Of a stretch of DNA of 64,000 nucleotides, positions 35,891 through 48,100 are shown in pieces. The notes beneath the pieces are model-generated. The model did no database searches, was not told where the DNA came from, and was given only the letters and a program-made list of their open reading frames with translations. This stretch comes from Antedon mediterranea (taxonomy: Eukaryota; Animalia; Echinodermata), in NCBI RefSeq assembly GCF_964355755.1, contig NC_092674.1, forward strand, positions 3,658,001 to 3,722,000, given 5' to 3'. The position numbers and the translations under genes were made by a program. The first letter of the stretch is position 1. Every line of letters starts with the position of its first letter.

Positions 35891-37135
35891 ATGTATTCTA
35901 ATTATGGATATCGGACATTGTCTACATTTGCAAGAAAGGCATGTTTATCTATGTCTAATGTTAGGCCTACGATATTTGCAAGATGCATTCAAAGTGGTGT
36001 AGAAAAGTCAGCACAGCAACAACAAACAGCTGCTGACGTACAGCTTAGCAAACCAAAGACCGGTATTATGTTATTCAATATGGGAGGGCCTGAAAATACC
36101 GATGAGGTCCATGATTTTCTGCTTCGCCTTTTTACTGATCGTGACATCATCAGACTGCCAGCGCAAAGTACTTTAGCTCCGTGGATTGCAAAGAGAAGAA
36201 CTCCAAAAATCCAAGAACAATATAGCAAGATAGGGGGTGGGTCTCCTATCAAAAAGTGGACAAATATCCAAGGCAAGAAACTTGTACAAATCTTGGATAA
36301 AATCAGTCCCGATTCAGCACCTCATAAATATTACATTGGTTTTCGTTACGCCAAACCGTATACTGAGGATACAATAGACGAAATGGAAAAGGACGGACTA
36401 GAACGAGCAATAGCGTTTAGTCAGTACCCGCAGTACAGCTGCTCAACAGCTGGCAGCAGTCTTAATTCAATGTTTCGTCATTACAACAAGCGACGAATCG
36501 CTGGACACGAGAACCGCATTCAATGGAGCATCATCGATCGATGGGCCACGCATCCGGGCCTCATAAAAGCATTCGCAGAACAAATTAAAGCCCAACTGAA
36601 AACATTCCCGCAGGATAAACAGGAAGAGGTTGTCCTTCTATTCTCAGCTCATTCTCTCCCTATGATGGCAGTCAATCGAGGTGATCCTTATCCGCAAGAG
36701 GTTGCTGCCACCGTTCACCGAGTCATGGAACATCTAAATTTCTCACATCAGTATCGTCTTGTCTGGCAGTCGAAGGTGGGACCGGCAGCGTGGCTTGGAC
36801 CACAGACCGATGAAGCTATAAAAGGATTGTGTCGCAATGGTCGCAAGAACATGATGTTGATTCCGATTGCGTTTGTCAATGATCATATTGAAACTCTGTA
36901 TGAACTAGATTTAGAATATGCCACAGAACTTGCCGAGGAATGTGGTGTAGAAAATATACGCCGTGCAGATAGTCTAAATGATAACGAAACATTTATTCAA
37001 GCAATGGCTGATATTGTGAAAAATCACTTAAAATCTGGCGAAATAAGCTCACGACAGCTAGGCCTACGATGCCCCATGTGTGACAATCCTGTTTGTGGAG
37101 AAACTAAACAATATTTTGCTAATCAAAAAATTTGA
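35891..37135 (+). CDS. FECH: Ferrochelatase, mitochondrial (protoporphyrin IX ferrochelatase), single coding exon, 414 aa
   Basis: Motifs [46 protein letters not shown] (catalytic His), [29 protein letters not shown] and the C-terminal [2Fe-2S] ligands CPMCDNPVC. Arg/Ser-rich N-terminal transit peptide without acidic residues. Confidence 0.98.
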   Translation: MYSNYGYRTLSTFARKACLSMSNVRPTIFARCIQSGVEKSAQQQQTAADVQLSKPKTGIMLFNMGGPENTDEVHDFLLRLFTDRDIIRLPAQSTLAPWIAKRRTPKIQEQYSKIGGGSPIKKWTNIQGKKLVQILDKISPDSAPHKYYIGFRYAKPYTEDTIDEMEKDGLERAIAFSQYPQYSCSTAGSSLNSMFRHYNKRRIAGHENRIQWSIIDRWATHPGLIKAFAEQIKAQLKTFPQDKQEEVVLLFSAHSLPMMAVNRGDPYPQEVAATVHRVMEHLNFSHQYRLVWQSKVGPAAWLGPQTDEAIKGLCRNGRKNMMLIPIAFVNDHIETLYELDLEYATELAEECGVENIRRADSLNDNETFIQAMADIVKNHLKSGEISSRQLGLRCPMCDNPVCGETKQYFANQKI

Positions 37136-40100
37136 AATTAGAATTAGTTTACATTATAATGCATTAGGTTATTAGTACTGCACAAATTCAGGAATAAGCC
37201 CACCCTGTAGTTTAAGTTCACTCAAAATTTGCATATTCATTTTGATGCGTATTGTGTAACGAGGGCAAGCAACAATGTTTTGTACCGAAGTTGATAGTAA
37301 ATATTAGGCATGTACGAGTATAATCAGTACTGTAAAGTTAAAATCTTTCTTTCACCAAATAATTTTTTACACCTTAGTAATAAAGTAGTGTTGAATACTG
37401 TATTTGAAAAACCAAACACAAGTTTTGTTTTCTTGAAAAAACTTTTAAATATTAATATAATAAATAAACAAGACAAAATTATTTATACCAACCACGCACT
37501 ACACAAGTTACTGCATAATACAACCCTCAATAATGTCACTGTGACACCTGTATTTTAATTCTTGCCACCTGTATCATAACACAATGCTTGACACCTATAT
37601 AATGCTCGACACCTGTATGGTAAATTCTTGAAGGTTGACGATGGAAATTTCTCATCCTCGGAAATAAAAATTAAAATATAAATGCTAAAAATAAGACAAT
37701 GCAAAAAAACTGTCAGATAATCATCATTTTATTATTCAGATGCGTACACGACAAAATACAATAACCGATACATTTCACATAGATTTGGCGAATAAACGGG
37801 TGACACTGATACACCATTTCCAGTAAGTTTTAGGCGGGTTATAAGTAGCAATACTTGATATTATATTTGTCCTTTTAACTTGAACTATTACTGACCATGA
37901 TTCAATTATTACAAACAATGGCGTGACCAACAGGTTGTCAGTAATGTCTCACTATGTCACAAAAACACTCGCTTAACTGGACAATACTAACACCATTAGT
38001 ACAAGATCACAGTATGCCAACAAGAAAGTTGGTGGTGGCATCCAACCTAACTCTGAATCACTTAAGTACCATGATTGTCAAATCTTAAGTACAGTAAATT
38101 AGCCGTCGCATGTTTTGTGATCAGATGGTACACCTCGCAAGAAGGTTGTCCAGAAGACAGATATTAAGACAAGACAATAATCAGAGCCGTAGCCAGTATG
38201 AGGCAGACGAGGTGTCTGAAATTTTTGATTTTCACCACCCACCCTAATTCCCCAGCACAGATCATCATATTTTATATTAATAATTATACCTATATATATA
38301 TATATATATATATATTAATAATTATATTTAAAGCATCTTTGCCTCGTCTGTTTTTACCCTCTCGCTACTTCCTTGATAATATTTATCCCTTAGCATTTTC
38401 TTTTTGATTCAATCCATTAAAAAGAAGGATACAGTGACTTGTTCATTGAATGTTAGCAACCTCTAATGTCATTTATAAAAACCAGTTTCTACTTGGTAAA
38501 ATATCATGATTTATAATGATTATGCAAGATTTCAGCATTAGTGAAAATTCTGTTGAAAATAGTTTGATTTTTGATTTGCCAGACATCAACGCACACAGTC
38601 TCTAATGATAGCAGAACATTGACATTACAACATATTCTGCCTTCAGAAAGAATGAGAGACCCAGACCCTTTGTCTGACCCCTGACCTGACCCATTGTCTA
38701 ACCCGGGCATACAGGTCTGGATAGATTGCCAATACAATCATCATACTTGCAGATCATTATAATGTATTAATTTTTACAAATAACATTTTTCTGATATATA
38801 TGTTAAGCTCTGTCTACACTATCAAACTAGTTTGACAATAAAAGTAAATATGGTAGTGATATGACATCATCGTGTTGTTCATATATGGGCACATCATATT
38901 TTTTCATAAAGTTTGACAGTGTGGACAGAGCTTTAGATAACTTATTCCTCTCCAATCTCATCAAAATAAATAATCTCTGTACAGTACAAATCCTACTTAA
39001 GAAAACTGAATACTCTAAATAGGTCTAAAATATGCTATGTTCAAAACCAAAAATATATCTCTTAATAAAATCAAAATTGCATTTATTTTGGCAGGGGAAC
39101 ACAATGCATAGAAAAGTAAAGAAATAAATTCATCCTGATATTTAATCATTTTTCATCCTTTTTTTTTTTGCTATTCAGGATTTTTATCATCTTTTTATAG
39201 AAGATAATAAAAAAAAGGTTTGTAAAAAATATTGATATCAGCACAATGTCCTACCGGAGTTAAGCTCTGTCTACACTGTCTAAACTTTATGTGACAAAAT
39301 AAGTGTGATGTGCCCAGATATGTTAGTGATATGACATGGGCACATCACATTTTTTTGTCACATAAAGTTTGATAGTGTAGACAGAGCTTAAGACCAAATT
39401 CCTTAAATATAACCACCCAAAAATATGACCTGTGACATTATATAAAAATAACTTAAGGTAAAATAAAATATGCCATATTACTAATAATATAATACTGATC
39501 AAAATATGAAAAAAATATCAAAACTGGAATATGTTTTGAAAAATTGTGTACAGTATGTATTGATATATAAAAGTAAACAAAAGATTTTATGAAAACCTAA
39601 CCAATGTCTAGTAGTACTTTGAAGTAAGTAAAGAAAACAAATCTAAGTATATTAATTTAACTGTTATTAAGTAAACAATCGCTATATTATCCTATTATCA
39701 CTAACTTCATTTTAAAAAACACTTCAAATTATTTTTGTTATCTAAAAAAAATCAAACTATTGCTTGTTCACGACAAACCAAATTATTAAACAATAAAAAT
39801 AGAATTATTATTTTACAACAATGTGTTCACTATGATATATGTTATTAGTTATTTTGTACATATTATATAGCCTACCTCAACATTTAAACTAAGCACCTTG
39901 TTTCATAGTCTCGCCTCTTAAATTCGCTTGATATTTTTTATTTTAAGTTGATATGTACATAGCAGTTAACATTAACAAATTAAGTATATATACACATTTG
40001 TTATATCGCATAAAATCTTAAATACTCACATAATAACTAGCTAAAAATAGCAAATTATTATTTTTTTTAGTATATAGTGCCTATACTTGATTTTCAATTT

Positions 40101-41791
40101 TTTTTTAATGTAATCATTAAAACTAATCAGTGTGCTTGCCTACCAAAATCATAGGTTTGGGTTCTAATCCCAAATACTACTCAACTCATTTTGGTTCACA
40201 CCTACTGATTTGTTTTTCCATACTCTCAAAAACTTTAAATTTTTTTCTCCATTCTCCATTCAATAATTCCTAGTTATAATATTATATTGAAACCTTCTTA
40301 TTGAAACCTGTAAAGTACAGATATTATGATACAACATAGCAGCCACTATTGTTACAGTAAACATTTACTACTATAGACATTATACAATTATGCAGCGCTT
40401 ATGGTATTGTGGCTGCTAAAGTGGGTTTTGTAGCATGCCATCTCTTTAGTCTTAAGCTCTGTCTACACTATCAAACTAGTGTGATGTGCTTAAATATGGT
40501 AGTTATATGCTCAAATATGGTAGTGATGACATCACCATGCCTATATATGGGAACACATCACATTTTTCACATAAAGTTTGATAGGGTAGACAGAGCTTTA
40601 AAGCTAACACTGCCACAACGAAAAGTGTGATTGAGAATCTGCCTAAAGCTCTGTTTACACTATCAAACTAGTTTGTGATGTGCCCAAATATGGTAGTGAT
40701 ATGAGATCACCATGTACATATATGTGCACATCACTATTTTTGTCACATAAAGTTTGATAGTGTAGACAAAGCTTAAATAGTTGTTCAAGTTTCCCAGCAG
40801 GATATGTGAATATGAGGGCACATTCAGGCTTAGCAATTTATCCGGGTAAGTCCATTATCTACCCAGCATTTAGTAATAGCGATAATTAGTTCATGATCCA
40901 ACTTAGGCGGAAAATTAATTAATAAAGTCTGAACAGGCCCTAAAAGAGAAGGTTTTTATAAGGAATCCCTTGGAACTTGTATAGTAGAAACTCCTATCGT
41001 GGTACCCATTTATACACATGGGTGACATGACCAGAATCAAACTGATTCCACTGATTATGGGATGCCATGACACTAATTCCTTATACATTAGTATACGATA
41101 ATTTAAGGAGTACAAATATTCATTCTAACTATTAATGTCATATATAAACATCATGATTAATATTAAGAGCTGCAGCATAATTCACAGAGCACTTTTGGCA
41201 CAATTTGCTGCTCATACAAACATAATTCTTCAACTTAATATTTTCTATTATTGCTCGATCTTTAAAATGACATTATACTGGCATTTCAGAATATACTTTA
41301 TACATATATTGTAATATTCAATGTGGACAGCTTTCATAGGTTAAATCAATCATGAAAATAACTAGAAGTTTGTATTTGTGATCTAAAATACAGGTTTTCA
41401 AGTTTAACGATACATGCACTTTATTCCATTTCAGTGTCTTCCCAAAGCTTAGTTGATACAGGTGCATATCAGCAGAAGCCATGTATATAAGCTATACTCA
41501 GATAGTAACATCAGGGAAGAGTTACTCTTCCCTGATAACATACACAGTGGCATACAGTAGTTTAATAGCATATTGACGATTAACATATTTTAAAGATAAT
41601 TTATATATCTAATTATTATGTATTATTAATATTATGTATCTTATTTTTGCAATTACATAGCCATAGTGTTCAGTCCAGCTGATATACAAAAAACCCTTCA
41701 AGAAAATTCCATCCATATAAATAAAATATCATTATTAAATTATAAAATTCACGATAACCAAATAAGGTAACCAATTTGCATATTATATGAA

Positions 41792-42156
41792 TCACCTGTA
41801 CCAATAGCGAACACCAGCAGATTTGACCCATGACACTTCGGGACTAGGCATGACACTTTCCGTGTCAGTCATACTCCCCGTTGACTTAAAACTGCTTGGA
41901 CTTAGCGAACTCAAGGTCATCCTGGCCGTGCTCGGGCTCGTTGGAGACTGACTTGAATTCTGCGATGAACTTCGACTGACACGTGATGGATTAGATGCTA
42001 CTGATGACGACCGACTGAAACCGCACAGACATTTAGGTCCGGACGGTAGGGATCTTGTTAGAAGTTTGCGCAAGGAGTCGTAATGGCGTTTATGGCCATT
42101 TTCCAGACAACACTCTTCTAACAAGTTGTTGTTGCTCCTGCTGTTCGGCTGCATGT
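41792..42156 (-). CDS. Alternative-frame, Ser-rich 120-aa C-terminal extension of the SCHIP1-type gene (predicted isoform)
   Basis: Reached in frame if the GTGAGT donor at 44590 is used instead of GTGGAT at 44604. The frame [16 protein letters not shown]...GVRYWYR* is open and the region is GC-richer than its flanks. Confidence 0.45.
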
Positions 42157-45100
42157 CTGTGAAACAAAATAAAAAGTATTTATTATAATCCATTTCCCAC
42201 ATATTTATTATAAAAATGGCGATATTTTTTCCATTTCCCACATATTTATTCAGTAATGTAACTTTGGCGCTCACTAGATGCATGACGTTGTCTCAAACAA
42301 AACAAAACTATACTTTACTATTCCAATAATGGTTAAATGAGGATGAAGGCAATATGACCATAATGATATGGTGATGATAGAGGAATCTATATGACAATAA
42401 CAATGAGATTATTGTGATGTTGATAAAAAAATGACAACCATCATGATTTTAATAATGATAATAATAATTAAACACAATTTTCAAACATACATATAGGGGC
42501 CAGATAACTACTCTAACATATTCAATTTATATAACTGAATATTGGGTTTAATGTATTTATATTAGACAATTACAGAACTTGACAACCAGCCACAGTTGGA
42601 GGATGCTTTGAAAGTCAGGTGATTTTGTCACATTTTCCGTACCATACTCCACACATCTCGTCAGAGGTATACCATAAATATTACCTCAACTCAGTAATAG
42701 TTATAGCCTCCAAGAAGGCCTCCCAAATGGACTGATCATCAACTTCTACAATCACCAGGAAAGGCAAGTACAGATTAAATACATCACGTCTAAATATGAT
42801 GGTGGTTTTACTATAAAGCTCTGTCTACACTATCAAACATGCCCAAATATGGTAGTGATATACCCAAATATGTTAGTGATATGACATCATCATGCCCATA
42901 TATTTTTTGTCACATAAAGTTTGATAGTGTATACAGAGCTTTACGTCATGCAAATACAAAAAATAGCTGTTACTACTTACAAAATAAACTGGATTTCGTA
43001 AAATTACAAGAAGCACTTTGGGTGGAAGAACGTAAATACAAAATACACTAATTCATGCAATAAATTATAATGTCATGTGACTAAAGTCATGTGACGAAAC
43101 CAAAATAAATCAAAATACTGCAAAGTCATTGTGAATCTGAAACTGAAAAGTGTAAAAAATAATCAAAATAAGATAAAATAATAATCTGATCTGAATTTTA
43201 CACAAAATACACAATAAAGCATATTTAACAGTTTATATTAAAAGCAGTATCAAATGCTACAGCATTAAATGTAAAAATATTAAGTGACAATCTATGTGGT
43301 GATCTTAATCATTAATAAATATATACATATTAATATTTTGAATGTAACATTATCATGTATGGAGTTACAATTTACATTAAAAAAAACAAAGGTTGTTTAC
43401 AGTAATATTGTGTTTGCACTACTTCTTGAACCAATTTACATAGATTTCTACAATGTATTTCCCAAATGCACACAAGAATATCGATGGCATTTGAGGCATC
43501 CCAGCTGACATAGGTTGGCTGAATATTGCAAGCCTCGATGTTGTTGTCCACGTTCAAATTCCATCATAATTATAATTTATTATATTACAATGCTGGCAAC
43601 ATTTATTAAAATAATTTACAATGAAAATCATCTATTTTTAATCACTTCTTCTAAATGAGTACTATAGAAGGCAATGGTTGTAATAAGACAATTAATAATA
43701 CAAAAATTATCCATTTTGTTTACTGACATAAGCACTCATTTGGTCCACACCAGCTATGTATATTACATAATTTCATTTAAAAAGTAAATAATGTAATAGA
43801 TTACAACAAAACTGAAAAAATATAAAGCAAGAAATAGCACATAATTAATGAAACAGTCGAAATTGATTTTAGTCAACTTTTAGGTAACGATTGATTATTA
43901 ATTTTCTTGTCATGCATGATTTTAAATTGAGCAGGAATAATTAAGTATTTGATGTATGAAATAAATACATTGAATCGACAGAAATCTCATTTCCAAAAAA
44001 AAAAAAAATTATTTGATTCAAATTGCATTTTACTATGGAATTAAGCCCTAGAAATTTTGTGATAAATATTTTTTTCCATGAAATTAAACCCAAATTGTTG
44101 TTTATAAATATTTTTTCCAGGTTGTTTGTTGTATTTCAACATGTATTCATAGTGCAGGTTAAAGACATTCTATTTTACAACAATAGCTGGTTCCTGTGAT
44201 TTTGGTGGAAGAAGAATTTTAAGAGACCCACCAAAACTCTGATAAAACGCTCCTGGTTTAGAAACCCTAAGTGGCCCTCCAATGCTGGACATATTTTTAT
44301 GCCTGTATTTTACTCTTGGCACTGCTCAGGGGCCCCATACACTCCGAGCCTCTGGGTTTAGCCAGTGATGAGCGCGCTCATAGCCGTTACACCAAAAATC
44401 TTTCAAAAATAAAATAAGCAAATTTTGAAGATGATAAATTTATCTAAAGAGCTGGGAGGTAAAAATAAAATGTGAAAAATTACGGTTAGATATAAAAAAA
44501 ATTGAAATGGTAAACAGGTTTTTGAAGAGCAGATTAAACAGGTTTCACAATGACAGCAATAGGGTTTGATTTATTTTGGTTCCGACTCACTCATGTGTAT
44601 CCACCTCGTTAAGTCCTCGATGTCAATCAACTTAGAGTCTTGCTCGTTTTTTAGTTCATCCCTCGCTATCAATAGTTCCACTAATTCTTCATTCCAGGCT
44701 ACAAAAATAAGAAAAAAAAATCATGTACTAATTTAAAAATCAATTAATTTTTTTTTTATAAATATAGTGGAACCCCTTTCAGGACCAAACAAAGTGTCCC
44801 TTTGATGGGGGGTGATGTCCCCTGATAAGGAATTGACTAGTTTTATGACAAAAAAATGTGATGTGCCCATGGACATGGTGATCATATCACTACCATATTT
44901 GGGCAAATAACACTGTTTGTTTGTCAAGCTAGTTTGATAGTGTGGACAGAGCTTTATGAAAAATGAGCTTTACAGAAAAGGTATACAAATGTAACAATAA
45001 TTGTTTTAATAGCAATATAATAGCAATCTTTTAAATAGGGGTGTTACTGTCCCCTTATATGGACGTCATCTATAGGAGTGTTCAACAAGGAGTTCTAATA

Positions 45101-48100
45101 TATTTATATAGAAAATAGTTTTTAAAATCATTTAGGCTCCTGGTGGTAACGATTGTTATGGAAACAGTGACGATATCAATTTTTATGCAGCTCAGTAGCC
45201 AGCATTACATCCCAGGGCTAGTATATCATTCATTAGCTTAATTCCTAACATGGGTAATTTGTAATTGGTTAAGTAGAAAATACAGATTATTGGATGTCAG
45301 TAAAGAATTAGCTAAGCAGTGCAGATTGGAACACCACTAATTTAATAGCCTCATTCTTAAGGATCACCTTAAGAGAACTTGACAAGTATTCTGAGATTGT
45401 CCCTTAAACATAAATAATAATTCCAAGTTAATAAGATATTAATCTGCAAAATCAGCAACTATTAGATAATCTTACAAATCACAACAATTGTGTTTTCTTT
45501 ATTGCTTACAAATATAATTAATAATGCATTTGAAAGGTCATTGGTCAAGGTCAAGGCAAAAAGAAATATAAATTTCATATGACATAGATCAAATATCGAA
45601 TATATGCAATAATATTAATATCTATTCGTGTATGAATGTAAAAATGAATGACTGAATAAAAGAAATGAATTAATAGATGGATGAGGGGATATATAAAGAA
45701 ATGAATGAATATATAAATGTACAAAAGATAATGAAATTATGTAAATTTAGGAGTAGAGCGAGTAGGATAATTTTTTTTTTAATTGAAAACAAATTTATAC
45801 AGGATAAAAAGATATCAGGTACTGTATATATAGCACCTGTTTTTACATATGGTCCCGTTTTTAGAAAATAAAAGGTTAAAACATTGCTAAAAACAGTAAA
45901 ATAAGATAATAAATAATAAGAAATAAATATGTACATTATACAATAAAAGGAGTGAAAAAACAAAAAGGAATGATAAAAAAAATATAATTGACCTAAGCAC
46001 GGACATTTACTTAAACAGTGACAATAAAATAGTTACAAAGACAATTTCTAAAATGAATCCCTAAATAAAATCATTATCAAATAAAATTATAAAGCATTAC
46101 CTTTGATTCTGCGATGTAAATCATTTATAAGTATTCTGATCTTACTGCATGACATTGTGTGTAGGGTCTTGGTGCTTAGAGGCCGCCCACTTAAGGCAGG
46201 AGACACATCTGATAAACCTTTTACTCCAGCCTACAATTAAAACAGTGAGAAAGTAACAAATAAGAGGCAGGGAGCTGTCTGAGGCATTGTTCCAAAATAA
46301 CGTTTCAAATTCATCATTAAGGCTATAGGAGAAACACTATAACATTTAGGAAACCTTCTATCTAAAGCTCTGTCTGCAATATCAAACTTTATGCGACAAA
46401 AAAATGTGATATGCACATATATGGACACGATGATGTCATATCACTACCATATTTGAGCATATCACTACCATATTTGGGCACATCACACTTTTTTTGTCGA
46501 ACAAGTTTGATAGTGTAGACAGAGGTTTAGGCATTGTTCCAATTGGCGTGAAATGTGATGTGCCCATATATGGACATGATGATGTCATATCACTACCAAA
46601 TTTGTGCATATCACTACCATATTTGTGCATATCACTACCATATTTGGGCACATCACATTTAGTTTGATAGTGTAGACAGAGCTTCACTCAGAGCTGTGAT
46701 TTACATATCAGTTGAAAGCTATTAATGAAATGAATAAATTACAGATTAGGTTCCCCATATCATTTGCAGGCTATTGACGATGTATAGGTTTTTGTATATA
46801 TTAAGAGTCTTTATGCAATAAATTAATCTGTGAGATATACTCCTGGTTCACATGGATCTATGTCAATTGGAAATGGATTATCTACCGAAAATCTACTTGG
46901 GTTGAATGTACAACTTTCCTATAATAATAATAATGGTTCACATGGACTTATGTAAACCTAAAACAGATAATTATGTGGAAAAAGAATAATTAGTATTTTC
47001 TTATAATTTTTGAATAAAAAGATTGAATACAACAAATTGCATTTGATCATCTTATTAGCAATCTTTCATTTTTACAACTACACAGCTGTCTAATCAAAAT
47101 GTAATTCTGTGCATCCTCAGAAATATATATGCATGCAAAAATTATTTTACATAGTTGTGTGATGCAGAATGACTTTTCGACTCAACAGATTGAGTTAATA
47201 ATAATAACAACCAGTATTAGACTGTTAAATAAAGCTTCCAAATAAATTAGCTCATGGGTCATATAGTATCAAGAATTATGAATTTTGTAGATTTAAGATG
47301 TTACGTTTAAACGTGATTTGATTTGTGTACTTTATAATTAATTATTACTATGTATTTTTGAAAATGTATTTTTCAGGTCATTGATGAAATTGCCTCACGC
47401 AGGATGAATAAAGAATTTAAAATTGAAATAACCACCATTATTCTTCAATACGACATGCAAGCCATGATAATTGCAAGCATTACACTTTGACTTGTACAAA
47501 AAGCTTACAAATTCAGTAACTGGAGAGAGCTTCTTTCCATGAACCTTCTCAATCTCCAGCTGCATCCTTGCCATTGGTTCTGCCTGTGCCAGTGCTATCT
47601 TAGCCTCATCCTGCAGACGAGCTTGCCTCGCTTCAAAGTCTTCATCAGCCTTTGTGACAGTGACATCAGGATTCTGTAAAATTAAACTTTATTTTTAAAA
47701 TATTGGCATCATCATTATCATCATCTTATTTGACTGGTCAAAACAAATTACCTACATTTTCTGTTAAACATGTTTCATTAGTATTTATCATGTTTAAGCT
47801 CTGTCCACACTATCAAACTGTATGTGACAACAAAATGTGATGTACTCATGGACATGATGATGATGTCATATCACTACCATATTTGGAACCATCCCATTTT
47901 TTGTCACATAAAGTTTGATAGTGTAGACAGAGCTTTAAACATTTTTCTGTAAAAAACAGAGCATTAAAGCTAAAATTATTCTCAAGTAGAAGTGTTCTAA
48001 AAACCTTTGCAAGTTGGTTTAATTGATAAGGTTTCTTAGAGCTTTGCGGCAAGCAACCGAAATGCCTGTTATATTTCTAGTTTTATAACAATACCTGAAG

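Noticed and set aside
35989-36276. Antisense ORFs over FECH, POLD3 (29478, 29789, 31264) and SCHIP1 (48817, 49090, 50161, 50318) exons
   Set aside because: They are shadow frames on the opposite strand of real coding exons.
35891-37135. Horizontal transfer of a bacterial ferrochelatase to explain the lack of introns
   Set aside because: The protein has a mitochondrial transit peptide and the animal-type C-terminal Fe-S motif, and it closely follows the metazoan sequence pattern.
40409-40630. Recurrent short ORFs containing KLCLHYQT or FDSVDRAL
   Set aside because: These are translations of the family-A MITE terminal repeat, not a protein family.
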